From the NCBI GenBank assembly GCA_028293825.1, contig JAQGNY010000017.1, positions 18,505 to 82,504 on the forward strand: a stretch of DNA of 64,000 bases. The letters run 5' to 3'. Every line of letters begins with the position of its first letter. Within the stretch, counting starts at the first letter, position 1. This DNA comes from Verrucomicrobiaceae bacterium (GTDB taxonomy: Bacteria; Pseudomonadota; Gammaproteobacteria; Pseudomonadales; CAMLJR01). Below the pieces are notes generated by a model. It was not told the origin of the DNA. It ran no database searches and saw only the letters and a program-made list of their open reading frames with translations. Positions 1 to 8,975 of the stretch are shown here, in pieces. The translations under genes and the position numbers were made by a program.

Positions 1-738
1 ATTCGGCGCGGCATTGTGCAATTGCAATTTACCGAGTGTGGCCGCTGCTTCTTCGCGCACGGTCCATACGTCATCCTGTAACGCGCGCAGTAGCGATGGC
101 AGCACCAAAGTATCCAACAACGTTGCAGCGGCAGGTTCGGTCGCCAAACCTAACGCACTGGTTGAGGCGCGACGCACATCGATATTGGGATCGTTATTCG
201 CAAGCGTTGCCAATTGCGGCAGCGCGTCGATCTGTTTGAGCCAGCCGAGTACGCCGACCGCTTCGCGACGTACGCCGGCATCCGCATTGCGCAATGCCTC
301 CAACGCGGCAGGCGCAGCTTCCGCAACGCGCAATTCACGCAGTGCACGTAGCGCGGCAGTTTTAACGAAGGTATTGTCGTGCAGCGCCAGCGGCAACAAT
401 TGCAAACCCGCTGCGCGTGTTTTTAATTCGGATAATTTTTGCGCTGTGGTCGTGCGTACTTCGTGGTCTAGATCCGACAATAAATTAATCAAGGCCGATA
501 ACACCGGCGCTGTTTCCCAGCCTGCTAACAAGCGCGCTGCCTCGGCACGCACCAGCGGCGCTTCATCGGCGGTGGCGGCAATTAAAATCGGCAAATGATC
601 TTCATCGGCTTCATCGGCAATTTCAATCAATGCGATGCGCCGTGTTTGCGCATCGGCAGCGGTGACGCGCTGCTGCAAAGCACCCAATTCGGGATGCGCA
701 GCAAATAAATCTAACAGTTCAGCTGAGTGGTTGGTCAT
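1..738 (-). CDS. HEAT / PBS-lyase-like repeat protein (partial; 3' end beyond left edge)
   Basis: This ORF is absent from the supplied track because it runs off the window edge. Hand translation of the minus strand from the ATG at 738-736 gives MTNHSAELLDLFAAHPELGALQQRVTAADAQTRRIALIEIADE... and stays open to position 1 (246 codons). It has repeated D-x-x-VR-x-x-A-x-x-LG units (DHEVRTTTAQKL, DAGVRREAVGVLG, DIDVRRASTSALG, DVWTVREEAAATLG). The start lies 1 nt after the stop (742-740) of the upstream ABC ATPase. Confidence 0.7.
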   Translation of the reverse strand, partial: MTNHSAELLDLFAAHPELGALQQRVTAADAQTRRIALIEIADEADEDHLPILIAATADEAPLVRAEAARLLAGWETAPVLSALINLLSDLDHEVRTTTAQKLSELKTRAAGLQLLPLALHDNTFVKTAALRALRELRVAEAAPAALEALRNADAGVRREAVGVLGWLKQIDALPQLATLANNDPNIDVRRASTSALGLATEPAAATLLDTLVLPSLLRALQDDVWTVREEAAATLGKLQLHNAAPN

Positions 739-739
739 A

Positions 740-1576
740 TCAGATCGCCAATTGCAGTACGGGGACCGCGGTATAAGTGGGTAGATCGCCGAGCGGAGAT
801 AAACGCCCGACATCCGCGTGGTCGTCATGCAGCAGCGACAGGCAGTAACGTTTCAATTCGGCAAAGCGTGGCGATGTTAACAACGACGCGCTGCGTGGGC
901 GTGGAAATTCCAGCACAATTTCCTCGATGATTGTCCCGGGCCGCGCGCTCATCATTACGATGCGGTCGGCCAGAAATAATGCTTCGTCGATATCGTGCGT
1001 GACGAATAAAATCGTGGTGCGAATGCGAGTCCAAATATCCAGCAATAATTCCTGCATGCGCAGGCGAGTGATCGCATCCAGCGCACCGAACGGCTCATCC
1101 ATCAGCAGTACATCCGGATGATTGACCAGTACGCGCGCGATTTCTACACGCTGCTGCATACCGCCGGATAATTGCGATGGATATAAATCGGCGCTGTCTT
1201 CGAGCCCTACTAGTTTTAACAGGTCGCGTGCACGCGACCGTCGTTCGTCCCGTTTTATCGATTTCATTTTTAAACCGAAGGCAACGTTGTCGATTACCGT
1301 TTGCCACGGAAATAACGTGTGATGCTGAAATACCAAACCGCGTTGCGGATGTGGTGTCGTGATGGTTTTTTTATCGAGCGTCATACTGCCGCGACTTGGC
1401 GCCAGATGGCCGGCCACCGCGCCTAACAAGGTTGATTTGCCGCAACCGGAAGGACCGAGAATGCATACGAATTCGCCGGCTGCAACGTTCAGCGAAACAT
1501 TTTCCAACGCGGTAAAACGCTGGCTACCGCTGCCCAGATACAAGCTGAGATTATCGATGGATAATTCGCCGCTCAT
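740..1576 (-). CDS. ABC transporter ATP-binding protein (NitT/TauT, SsuB/TauB-like)
   Basis: I trimmed ORF 740..1792 to the ATG at 1576 (MSGELSIDNLSLY...), which overlaps the permease stop by 4 nt (ATGA). It has Walker A GPSGCGKST, the ABC signature LSGGMQQR and Walker B LLMDEPF. Confidence 0.9.
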   Translation of the reverse strand: MSGELSIDNLSLYLGSGSQRFTALENVSLNVAAGEFVCILGPSGCGKSTLLGAVAGHLAPSRGSMTLDKKTITTPHPQRGLVFQHHTLFPWQTVIDNVAFGLKMKSIKRDERRSRARDLLKLVGLEDSADLYPSQLSGGMQQRVEIARVLVNHPDVLLMDEPFGALDAITRLRMQELLLDIWTRIRTTILFVTHDIDEALFLADRIVMMSARPGTIIEEIVLEFPRPRSASLLTSPRFAELKRYCLSLLHDDHADVGRLSPLGDLPTYTAVPVLQLAI

Positions 1577-2451
1577 TGTTGCTCTCCGCTTTTTTGTTGC
1601 ACGCGTCGCCACGGCATCAACCAATTGCCAATCTGTTTTATCAATGCACTGCTGCCCATGCCGAGCACGCCGATCAGCAGCATGCCGACAATAATATTGG
1701 CGTAATTTTGCAGGGTGTAGGATTCCCATGTGTAATAACCGATGCCGAATTGCCCGGAAATCATTTCTGCCGTGACCAGACAAAACCAGCACGTGCCCAT
1801 ACCTATCGAAAGCCCGGTGACAATCGACGGCGCAGCAGCGGGAAAAATGACTTCTTTAAATAAGGCGAATCCCTGCGTGCCGAGGCTGCGCGCCGATGCA
1901 ATCAGACGTGCATCTATATGCTCCACACCGTGAATGGTGTTGAGCAAAATCGGAAATAACGCACCGATGAAAGTGATGTAAATCATGCTGGCTTCGGATG
2001 AGGGAAACATCAGAATCGCCAATGGAATCCACGCCACCGCAGGAATCGGACGCAATACTTCGAGCGGCGGCAACAACGTGTTTTGCGCCCATGCAAAATG
2101 TCCGATAATAAGACCGAGCGCGATACCGAGCACGCCGGCAATTGAAAACCCAATTGCGATACGCCACAAACTACTGAACAAATGAAAAGCGAGTTTCGGC
2201 GATGTAAACAGATCCCACGCCGCGTGCACGACTTCGATGGGTGCGGGTACATTGGCGAAGGTAATAAAGCCGAGCTTGACGTGATGCGTCGCCAATACAT
2301 GCCATAACAAAATGCAGACGATCAGAGACGCAATTTGCAGCGCGTTATTGTGCCATCGCCCGAGCCCGCGGCCATTCGTTGCGCGCGCAGGCACCGACAG
2401 TGGCGGCACGATCATCTCGCCAGTCTCGCTCACACTATTCACTCCACTCAT
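1573..2451 (-). CDS. ABC transporter permease (SsuC/TauC-like)
   Basis: The 292-aa ORF is polytopic and hydrophobic. It has an EAA-type loop (IASARSLGTQGFALFKEVIFPAAAPSIVTG). It sits between the binding protein and the ATPase. The exact start is uncertain. Confidence 0.85.
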   Translation of the reverse strand: MSGVNSVSETGEMIVPPLSVPARATNGRGLGRWHNNALQIASLIVCILLWHVLATHHVKLGFITFANVPAPIEVVHAAWDLFTSPKLAFHLFSSLWRIAIGFSIAGVLGIALGLIIGHFAWAQNTLLPPLEVLRPIPAVAWIPLAILMFPSSEASMIYITFIGALFPILLNTIHGVEHIDARLIASARSLGTQGFALFKEVIFPAAAPSIVTGLSIGMGTCWFCLVTAEMISGQFGIGYYTWESYTLQNYANIIVGMLLIGVLGMGSSALIKQIGNWLMPWRRVQQKSGEQQ

Positions 2452-2520
2452 TGCGACTCAAACCATTTATACGTCGTGTGTTTAAATTAATTGCCGTCGT
2501 TTGCTGACTTTTTTCGAGCT

Positions 2521-3936
2521 TCAATTGGCGGCAACTGTCTGCGGTTGTGTGCGTGCCTGCGCGTAATCGAGCAGTTTGCCTTTATTGGCATTTGCCCACG
2601 CGAGCGCCGCATCGCGCTGCAGGAATGCATGCAGCTGACCTTTGTCGTCGCTGGCGAACCACGCCAACTTGGCCAGCAATTTGATGCCCGATGCATCGTC
2701 CTGCGCATACACCACGCGAATTTGCTTGCCGCTGGCTTCAAGCTTTTTCAAATCAGAAAAAGCGGATTCAGGGCTCGCATAACTGCGCACCTTGGCTTCG
2801 CCTTTTACCCACACCTGCGCGACGCGTTTAAAGTCGGTGATGGTTTTGCCGCTGCTCGCGTCCTTGGCGACTAGCGGTGCCCTGTCGTAATTTTTTAGTT
2901 GCGCGTCGTAATCGAGCGATGCTGCTTTGAATGCATCGCGCAGGTAATGATCGTCAATAAAGTTATCGACATTTAAATCGCTGTCGGTTTTCTTCAGCAA
3001 TTTAAGCGTTTCAATCGAGGTTTTCAGCGCCTGCCGGTATTCTGGCTTCCAGGTAAAATCGCGGGTCTGCAAGCCGAGTGGGCCGTGATACAAATAAGCG
3101 ACTTCGGCTTCGACGCCGGTCACTTGTTGAATAAGCTCGCTGTATTTTTCAGGTTCCGCCGTAAATAATTGATTGGCCTCGATGCCAGCGCGCAAAAATG
3201 CGACAACAATTTCTGGATATTTTTTGGCGAAGTCGGCATTCACCAGTGAGCCATGAAAGGTCGGCGTATTGGCTTGCGAGCCGTCATAAAACTTACGTGC
3301 AAAGCCGCGATAAGCAAACAATTCGGCGAATGGAACGAAGTCCGCGTGCGCTTGAATTTTTCCGGTTTGCAAGGCAGGTCCGGCTACTTCCGGCGCTTGC
3401 GTGATGATCGTGACATCGCGATCAGGATCGATGCCCTGCGCTTTGAGCGCGCGCAATAACATGCCGTGCGCGGTGGAGGCGAACGGCACCGAAATTTGTT
3501 TACCTTTTAAATCGGCCAGCGATTGAATGGTGGAATCCAGCGGCACTACGATGCCGTTACCGCTGCCCTGCGTACTGCCCGATAGCACGGTGATGAAAAC
3601 ACTTTTCTTACCGGCTTTTTCAAACGCGGCGCCGTTTAACGAACCGGGGAAATCGGCCATCGAACCGATGTCGAGTTTATCGGCGACCATTTCGTTGGTG
3701 AGCGGTGCGCCGGAAGTGAAGTTTTTCCATTCGATATCGTAGGTGGCATCTTTGTATTTGCCATCGTGCGGCAAATATTTTTCGAGCAATTTTAATTCTC
3801 GAATCATCAAACCGCCGGTCGCGCAATTAATCGTGGTGTCCTGCGTGCCGATAGCAATGCGAATGGTCTCCGCATCCGCCAAGCCGATAAATGATAAGGC
3901 CAGTGCGAGTGCGCTTAAGTGATTTTTTAAATTCAT
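2521..3936 (-). CDS. Periplasmic substrate-binding protein (NMT1/SsuA/TauA-like) with C-terminal extension
   Basis: The signal peptide is MNLKNHLSALALALSFIGLADA. The binding-protein-like body (ETIRIAIGTQDTT...) runs to about residue 330. An additional ~130 aa follow, giving 471 aa in total. Confidence 0.8.
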   Translation of the reverse strand: MNLKNHLSALALALSFIGLADAETIRIAIGTQDTTINCATGGLMIRELKLLEKYLPHDGKYKDATYDIEWKNFTSGAPLTNEMVADKLDIGSMADFPGSLNGAAFEKAGKKSVFITVLSGSTQGSGNGIVVPLDSTIQSLADLKGKQISVPFASTAHGMLLRALKAQGIDPDRDVTIITQAPEVAGPALQTGKIQAHADFVPFAELFAYRGFARKFYDGSQANTPTFHGSLVNADFAKKYPEIVVAFLRAGIEANQLFTAEPEKYSELIQQVTGVEAEVAYLYHGPLGLQTRDFTWKPEYRQALKTSIETLKLLKKTDSDLNVDNFIDDHYLRDAFKAASLDYDAQLKNYDRAPLVAKDASSGKTITDFKRVAQVWVKGEAKVRSYASPESAFSDLKKLEASGKQIRVVYAQDDASGIKLLAKLAWFASDDKGQLHAFLQRDAALAWANANKGKLLDYAQARTQPQTVAAN

Positions 3937-4041
3937 TTAAATTGTCTCCATTAAATTTAGTTTCAGAGGCAATCGCCGCAGCGGTTTTCTCAATGGCCAG
4001 TTACGAAGCTGTAATTTTTCCGGTTGATTATTTTCAACCGA

Positions 4042-4290
4042 TTATTTCAATAGATAAGGAATATCGACTTTCACCGCGCCAGTCGGGCAATCTTTTTCGC
4101 ACGGCATGCAATACCAGCATTCGTCGAATGCCATATACGCTTTGCCTTTGCTGAAATCGATGGCGAGTACATCGAGCGGGCAAACATCGACACAGACCGT
4201 GCAGCCTTTGTGCGCGATGCATTTTTCTTCGTCGATAGTGACTGGCAAAGTGGTCGGGTGCAGTGCGATTGGATAATCGGCGTGGCTCAT
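4042..4290 (-). CDS. 2x[4Fe-4S] ferredoxin, AprB N-terminal-domain-like
   Basis: The protein is 82 aa with two Cys clusters, CIAHKGCTVCVDVCP and CWYCMPCEKDCP. Its ATG overlaps the flavoprotein stop (ATGA at 4287-4290). Confidence 0.85.
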   Translation of the reverse strand: MSHADYPIALHPTTLPVTIDEEKCIAHKGCTVCVDVCPLDVLAIDFSKGKAYMAFDECWYCMPCEKDCPTGAVKVDIPYLLK

Positions 4291-6014
4291 GCTGCAGCGG
4301 TCTCCTTGTGAATGCGCAAATGCTGATACGCGGATTTTTCGGCATCGTCGATGTCGATGACATACGGTTCCAATGCGCGTTTGAAGCAGTGCATATCGCC
4401 GTTTTCATTTTTTTGCAATTGCGCGTGTACCAGCCATTCGGCATCGTTGCGTTCCGGAAAATCGGCGCGCGCGTGATACAAACCCCAGCGGCTTTCGGTG
4501 CGAAACAGCGAAGCGCGCGCAGCCATTTCGGCACAATCGAGAATGGCGTGAATTTCCATCGCGCGCATTAATTCGTGTGGATTGCGTGCGTGTAAATGGT
4601 CGAGGTCAGCACGAATTTGCGCAAACCGATCCAGCCCGATTTCCATTTTTCGCGTGACTTTCGGCGGCTGCAGATAATCGTTCACCATGCGCCGCAATTT
4701 GTATTCGACTTGTGCCGGCGGTAAACCGCGTTCGTTTTTTAGCGGCTTCAATACGCGGCGGCGCTCGGCGTCGATGGTGGCCTCGTCGATATTTGCGTGC
4801 GTGTTTTCAGTGGCGTAGGCACCGGCCGATTCGCCGGCAAATTTGCCGTAGACGAATGCACCGAGCATGTAATTGTGCGGCACGCAGGCGAGATCGCCGG
4901 CGGCGAATAATCCCGGCACTGTCGTTGCCGCGTGCTCGTCAACCCAGACGCCGGACGCCGAATGGCCGCTGCATAAACCGATTTCTGAAATATGCATCTC
5001 GACCATTTGCGCACGATAGTCGGTGCCGCGCCCTTCATGAAAGCGGCCGCGACTGGGACGTTCATTGCTGTGCAAAATCGTTTCGATGGTGGAAATTGTT
5101 TCGTCCGCCAAATGATCTAGTTTTAAAAATACCGGACCGTTGCCGCTTTGTAGCTCGCGATAAAATTCGAGCATCATTTGGCCGCTCCAATAATCGCATT
5201 CGATAAAACGCTCGCCATTTGCATTCGCGGTATAGCCGCCGAGCGGGCCGGTGACATAGGCGCAAGCGGGACCGTTGTAATCTTTTATCAGCGGATTAAT
5301 TTGAAAACATTCGATGCCGGATAATTCCGCGCCGGCGTGATACGCCATGCTGTAACCGTCGCCGGCATTGGTCGGGTTTTCGTAAGTGCCGAATAAATAG
5401 CCGGAGGCGGGCAGACCTAAACGTCCTGCTGCGCCGGTGGCTAACACCACGGCTTTGGCGCGAATCACATGAAACTCTGCGGTGCGACAATCGAACGCAA
5501 AGGCGCCGGCAACGCGACCGTCAATAACGATTAAACGCGTCGCTACAAGGCGATTGGTTATTTCGACGCGCGTTTTTTTAAGCTGGCGGTACAACACCTT
5601 TTTGATGTCGTGACCTTCCGGCATCGGCAATACATAGGTGCCGACGTGATGAACTTTTTTCATCGCGTAATCGCCGGTTTCGTCGCGCTCGAATTTAACG
5701 CCCCAGCGATCGAGCTCTTCGATCATGGCGAAACTATTTTGCGCATACGCCAATACGGTTTTCTGGTTGACGATGCCATCGTTGGCGGCGGTGATTTCGC
5801 GCACGTATTGTTCCGGTGTGGCATGTCCCGGCACGACTGCATTATTGAGGCCGTCCATGCCCATTGAAATCGCGCCGCTGCGTTTTACATTGGCTTTTTC
5901 GAGCAGAAATACTTTCAAATTAGGATTGGTCTGTTTGGCTTTTACCGCAGCCATCGGACCTGCGGTACCACCGCCGATCACCAGTACATCCACATCGCGA
6001 TAATTCGTATTCAT
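4287..6014 (-). CDS. FAD-dependent oxidoreductase, adenylylsulfate reductase alpha (AprA)/fumarate reductase flavoprotein-like
   Basis: It has the FAD fold DVLVIGGGTAGPMAA. The C-terminal segment NPHELMRAMEIHAILDCAEMAARASLFRTESRWGLYHARADFPERNDAEW closely parallels the AprA capping region as I recall it. I chose the ATG at 6014 (MNTNYRD...) because GAGGT sits 9 nt upstream. The longer ORF start is at 6044. Confidence 0.85.
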   Translation of the reverse strand: MNTNYRDVDVLVIGGGTAGPMAAVKAKQTNPNLKVFLLEKANVKRSGAISMGMDGLNNAVVPGHATPEQYVREITAANDGIVNQKTVLAYAQNSFAMIEELDRWGVKFERDETGDYAMKKVHHVGTYVLPMPEGHDIKKVLYRQLKKTRVEITNRLVATRLIVIDGRVAGAFAFDCRTAEFHVIRAKAVVLATGAAGRLGLPASGYLFGTYENPTNAGDGYSMAYHAGAELSGIECFQINPLIKDYNGPACAYVTGPLGGYTANANGERFIECDYWSGQMMLEFYRELQSGNGPVFLKLDHLADETISTIETILHSNERPSRGRFHEGRGTDYRAQMVEMHISEIGLCSGHSASGVWVDEHAATTVPGLFAAGDLACVPHNYMLGAFVYGKFAGESAGAYATENTHANIDEATIDAERRRVLKPLKNERGLPPAQVEYKLRRMVNDYLQPPKVTRKMEIGLDRFAQIRADLDHLHARNPHELMRAMEIHAILDCAEMAARASLFRTESRWGLYHARADFPERNDAEWLVHAQLQKNENGDMHCFKRALEPYVIDIDDAEKSAYQHLRIHKETAAA

Positions 6015-6058
6015 CGTAACTACCTCTACATTTAACGGCTGCATTTAACGGCGTTTTA

Positions 6059-6889
6059 TTAACGCTCGATGCGCAAACGAAATTGAAAGTTGTCGACGCG
6101 GCAATATAAATATTCGAAGTCGAGCGGATTGCCGTCGCTGGTGTGCGTGAGCCGGGTGACGCGCAACACCGGATCGCCCGCTGCAATTTGCAAATGCGCG
6201 GCGAGATCGGCGTCCGCCAACAACGCATCGATGGAGAGATCGGCGAAGCCGAGCGCGATGCCGTAATCATTTTCGAGAATGGTAAAAATATCGCGCGTGG
6301 CAAGTTCCTCGCGTGCTAACCGCGCACCGATCAGCGGTTGTACATAGGTGATATCGAACGAGACCGGCTCGCGATTTAAATAGCGCACACGTTTTAATTC
6401 GGTAACGGTATCGCCTTCATTGAGCGCGAGTTGCAAAGCCACATCGGCATTGGCGGCAACGGTATTAACGGCGACGACATCGTTAAAGATTTCATGACCG
6501 TGTTGGGACATCGCTTCGGCAAAACCTTGCAGGCGCGACAGCGGTTGAAACGGTTTTGGTTTGGAGACGAATACGCCTTTGCCAGCGATCTTAAACAGCA
6601 CGCCTTCTTTTTCGAGTTCAGCGAGCGCGCTGCGCACCGTGATGCGGCTGACGCTGTATTGTTTGATCAGTTCGCTTTCAGACGGCAGGCGCGCGTGCGG
6701 CGGATAGCGCCCCGATACAATTTGTGCGCGCAATTCATCGCGAATTTGTGCATACAGCGACGTTGGCGTTTTCAACGCGGTGTAATCGGTTTTCGCTGTG
6801 CTGTTTTGTGTGCTCACGACATGACTCGTCATAACAGGTGTTAACGAGGTAAGAGCAAGCGCCGCGCCAGAGCACAAAAAACTTCGCAA
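6059..6889 (-). CDS. GntR-family transcriptional regulator (HutC subfamily, UTRA effector domain)
   Basis: The winged HTH is LPSESELIKQYSVSRITVRSALAELEKEGVLFKIAGKGVFV, followed by a UTRA-like C-terminal half. It is the first gene of the minus-strand operon. The start is uncertain (TTG at 6889 or ATG at 6832). Confidence 0.85.
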   Translation of the reverse strand: MRSFLCSGAALALTSLTPVMTSHVVSTQNSTAKTDYTALKTPTSLYAQIRDELRAQIVSGRYPPHARLPSESELIKQYSVSRITVRSALAELEKEGVLFKIAGKGVFVSKPKPFQPLSRLQGFAEAMSQHGHEIFNDVVAVNTVAANADVALQLALNEGDTVTELKRVRYLNREPVSFDITYVQPLIGARLAREELATRDIFTILENDYGIALGFADLSIDALLADADLAAHLQIAAGDPVLRVTRLTHTSDGNPLDFEYLYCRVDNFQFRLRIER

Positions 6890-7038
6890 ATCCTTGATTG
6901 TTAATTATTTAAATTTGAGATTGGGAGGAGTCGGGCGGTTGATGATCGATGCGCGAAGTGCTGGTTAATAAGCACTTTGTTGATGGAGTGCTGCTTTGGC
7001 AGCACTTTTGTCGCGGACAGATAACACCGTAATGTGCT

Positions 7039-7572
7039 TTAGCGTGGGCGTTGTGCCAGCGATGCCGTTTTAAAGATCGCGATTGAATCGTCATGCATAC
7101 GCGTGCTCGCCGAGCTGTTTACCAATGCACCGATGGCGACATAACTGGTTCTGGAATTCGTTAAAAAGTGCGCGACCTGCTGCTGTTTTTTTTCGCTGCC
7201 ATTGGGTTTGAACGAGTAGGTGATGTAGGTGCCGCTAAAACCGTTCGCGGAGGTGTAATTACCCTGATCGAGAATTTCCACTTCGTCGGAACTGACCGCA
7301 CTTAAATCGCGAAGCAACCGATTGAAATATTGCTCTGGGTCCGACCAGCCGCGCGGCAAGCGATTGACGCTTATAAAATATTGCAGTTTTTCATCGGACC
7401 AACTCGCCAACATTTTCTTGTTGGCGTCGTAGCTGGGAATGGGCCGATAGGTGAGCGCCAGTGTTGCTTCTGGTTCAATCGCGAGACCTTCGCCGAGATC
7501 GAGAATTTCTGTGTGCGCGCTGCTCGCGAGCAAACATATCAACGTCAATAACAATCCTTGAGCTCGCAGCAT
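7039..7572 (-). CDS. Hypothetical secreted protein
   Basis: The 177-aa ORF has a signal-peptide-like N-terminus (MLRAQGLLLTLICLLASSAHTE). AGGA lies about 9 nt upstream of the ATG. I recognise no family. Confidence 0.55.
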   Translation of the reverse strand: MLRAQGLLLTLICLLASSAHTEILDLGEGLAIEPEATLALTYRPIPSYDANKKMLASWSDEKLQYFISVNRLPRGWSDPEQYFNRLLRDLSAVSSDEVEILDQGNYTSANGFSGTYITYSFKPNGSEKKQQQVAHFLTNSRTSYVAIGALVNSSASTRMHDDSIAIFKTASLAQRPR

Positions 7573-7840
7573 GGTTTCGATTCCTATGAGGCTGGCGCCA
7601 ATAAGCGCATCCGGTTTCTTTATGGGTCGATGTTGTATCTACGCTTCGATATTTTATTGCGACTGGTATGCTTAGAAATTATCGAAATACGCGGTAATTG
7701 CTGTGGTTGCTAGCAAATGCAAAGGCAAATTTTGTGCCCCACGCACCAATCGAATTGTTTAACGGAAAAATAACGAGATTTAAAAGTTGCGGGGCAGATG
7801 AGTCGCGCGAGGTATTGCTAACAGGGTGTTGAAGATGTTG

Positions 7841-8791
7841 TCAGGCGAACAGCGCGGCAGTGATTTGTTCCGGCTGCGTCATGCGTCGAATCGTATCGAA
7901 TTGCTGTTGCGCCTGTTCGTAGTCGCGCGCCAGATAACGCAGCCATTGTTTCAGGCGGCCATTGCGATTGCGCGGGTTGATGTGTTGTTCGACAGAGAGC
8001 CAGAAGCCGTGCAGCAATTGTTGCATTTCGGACCAAGGCAGCATGTCATCGCGAGCGCCGGCGATCATTAATGCCAATGCCGGATTCGCCACTGCGCCGC
8101 GTCCAATCATGATGTCGTCGCAGCCGGAAATTTCGCGGCAGCGCTGCGCATCGCTGACATTCCAAATTTCGCCATTCGCGACAATCGGCACGCGTACATG
8201 CTCGCGAATTCTCGCAATCCATTCCCAGTACGCGGGCGGTTTGTAACCATCGGTTTTGGTACGCGCATGCACAACGATTTCTTCGGCGCCGCCGTCCGCT
8301 AACGCCTGCGCGCATTCCAACGCATGTTCCGGCGTGTCGTAACCCAAACGCATTTTTGCGGTTAACGGTGTTTGCGCCGGCAATGCTGTCCGTATCGTCT
8401 GCACGATCGCAAACATCACTTCGGGATTTTTTAATAACACCGCGCCGCCGCCGTGACGATTGACGGTCTTGGCTGGGCAGCCAAAATTAATATCGATACC
8501 GTACGCGCCGAGGCTGGCTAATTTCGCGGCGTTTTCCGCCATGCAAATCGGATCGGACCCTAAAATCTGTACGCGCACCGGCACACCGGATGGTGTGCGG
8601 CAGCCGTTTTTTAATTCGGGTACGACGCGATAAAAACTCGATGCCGGCAATAGCGTGTCGGTGATGCGAATAAATTCCGCCACGCATAAATCGATACCGC
8701 CGGGAGCGCTGGCATTGCCGCCGACTTGCGTCAGCGCATCGCGCAGCAGATGGTCGAGCAGCCCTTCCATGGGCGCCAGTAAAATACGCAT
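7841..8791 (-). CDS. dusC: tRNA-dihydrouridine(16) synthase DusC
   Basis: MRILLAPMEGLLDHLLRDALT...VRVQILG...INFGCPAKTVN...VHARTK...IVANGEIW...MIGRGA is collinear with E. coli DusC along its full length, by recollection. Confidence 0.9.
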   Translation of the reverse strand: MRILLAPMEGLLDHLLRDALTQVGGNASAPGGIDLCVAEFIRITDTLLPASSFYRVVPELKNGCRTPSGVPVRVQILGSDPICMAENAAKLASLGAYGIDINFGCPAKTVNRHGGGAVLLKNPEVMFAIVQTIRTALPAQTPLTAKMRLGYDTPEHALECAQALADGGAEEIVVHARTKTDGYKPPAYWEWIARIREHVRVPIVANGEIWNVSDAQRCREISGCDDIMIGRGAVANPALALMIAGARDDMLPWSEMQQLLHGFWLSVEQHINPRNRNGRLKQWLRYLARDYEQAQQQFDTIRRMTQPEQITAALFA

Positions 8792-8884
8792 TATTGAAAC
8801 CGGATGATGGGAAGGCGCGGCAGTATAGCGAACCGGGCGCCACGTGCGGAGTCGTTAATCGAGCATGGCGAAATTGACAGCACG

Positions 8885-8921
8885 AAATAAAAACGGGCGC
8901 GGTTCTTTCGAACTGCGCCCG
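8885..8921 (-). terminator. Rho-independent terminator downstream of the DUF1501 gene
   Basis: The minus strand reads CGGGCGC-agttcgaaagaacc-GCGCCCG followed by TTTTTATTT. The stem arms are at 8894-8900 and 8915-8921. It lies about 55 nt after the stop at 8976. Confidence 0.6.
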
Positions 8922-8975
8922 CCGGGTACTTCGAATGAAATGGCACACAGATGAAATGGCGCCATAGATGGAGTG

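Noticed and set aside
14-598. A 194-aa plus-strand ORF at the left edge, rich in Ala/Ser/Arg
   Set aside because: The sequence is low-complexity with no recognisable motifs. It lies antisense to a far more convincing HEAT-repeat reading frame, which starts 1 nt after the ABC ATPase stop. I treat it as a shadow ORF of the minus-strand gene.
4034-4571. ORFs at 4034-4534 (-) and 4263-4571 (+) that overlap the ferredoxin/flavoprotein junction
   Set aside because: They are out of frame with, or antisense to, two well-supported genes that are joined by an ATGA overlap. Their products are Arg-rich with no motifs.
8487-8948. A 153-aa minus-strand ORF overlapping the 5' part of dusC and its upstream region
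   Set aside because: It is an alternative frame of the strongly supported dusC gene, and its product is Arg/Cys-rich low-complexity sequence. The terminator at 8885-8921 also lies inside it.
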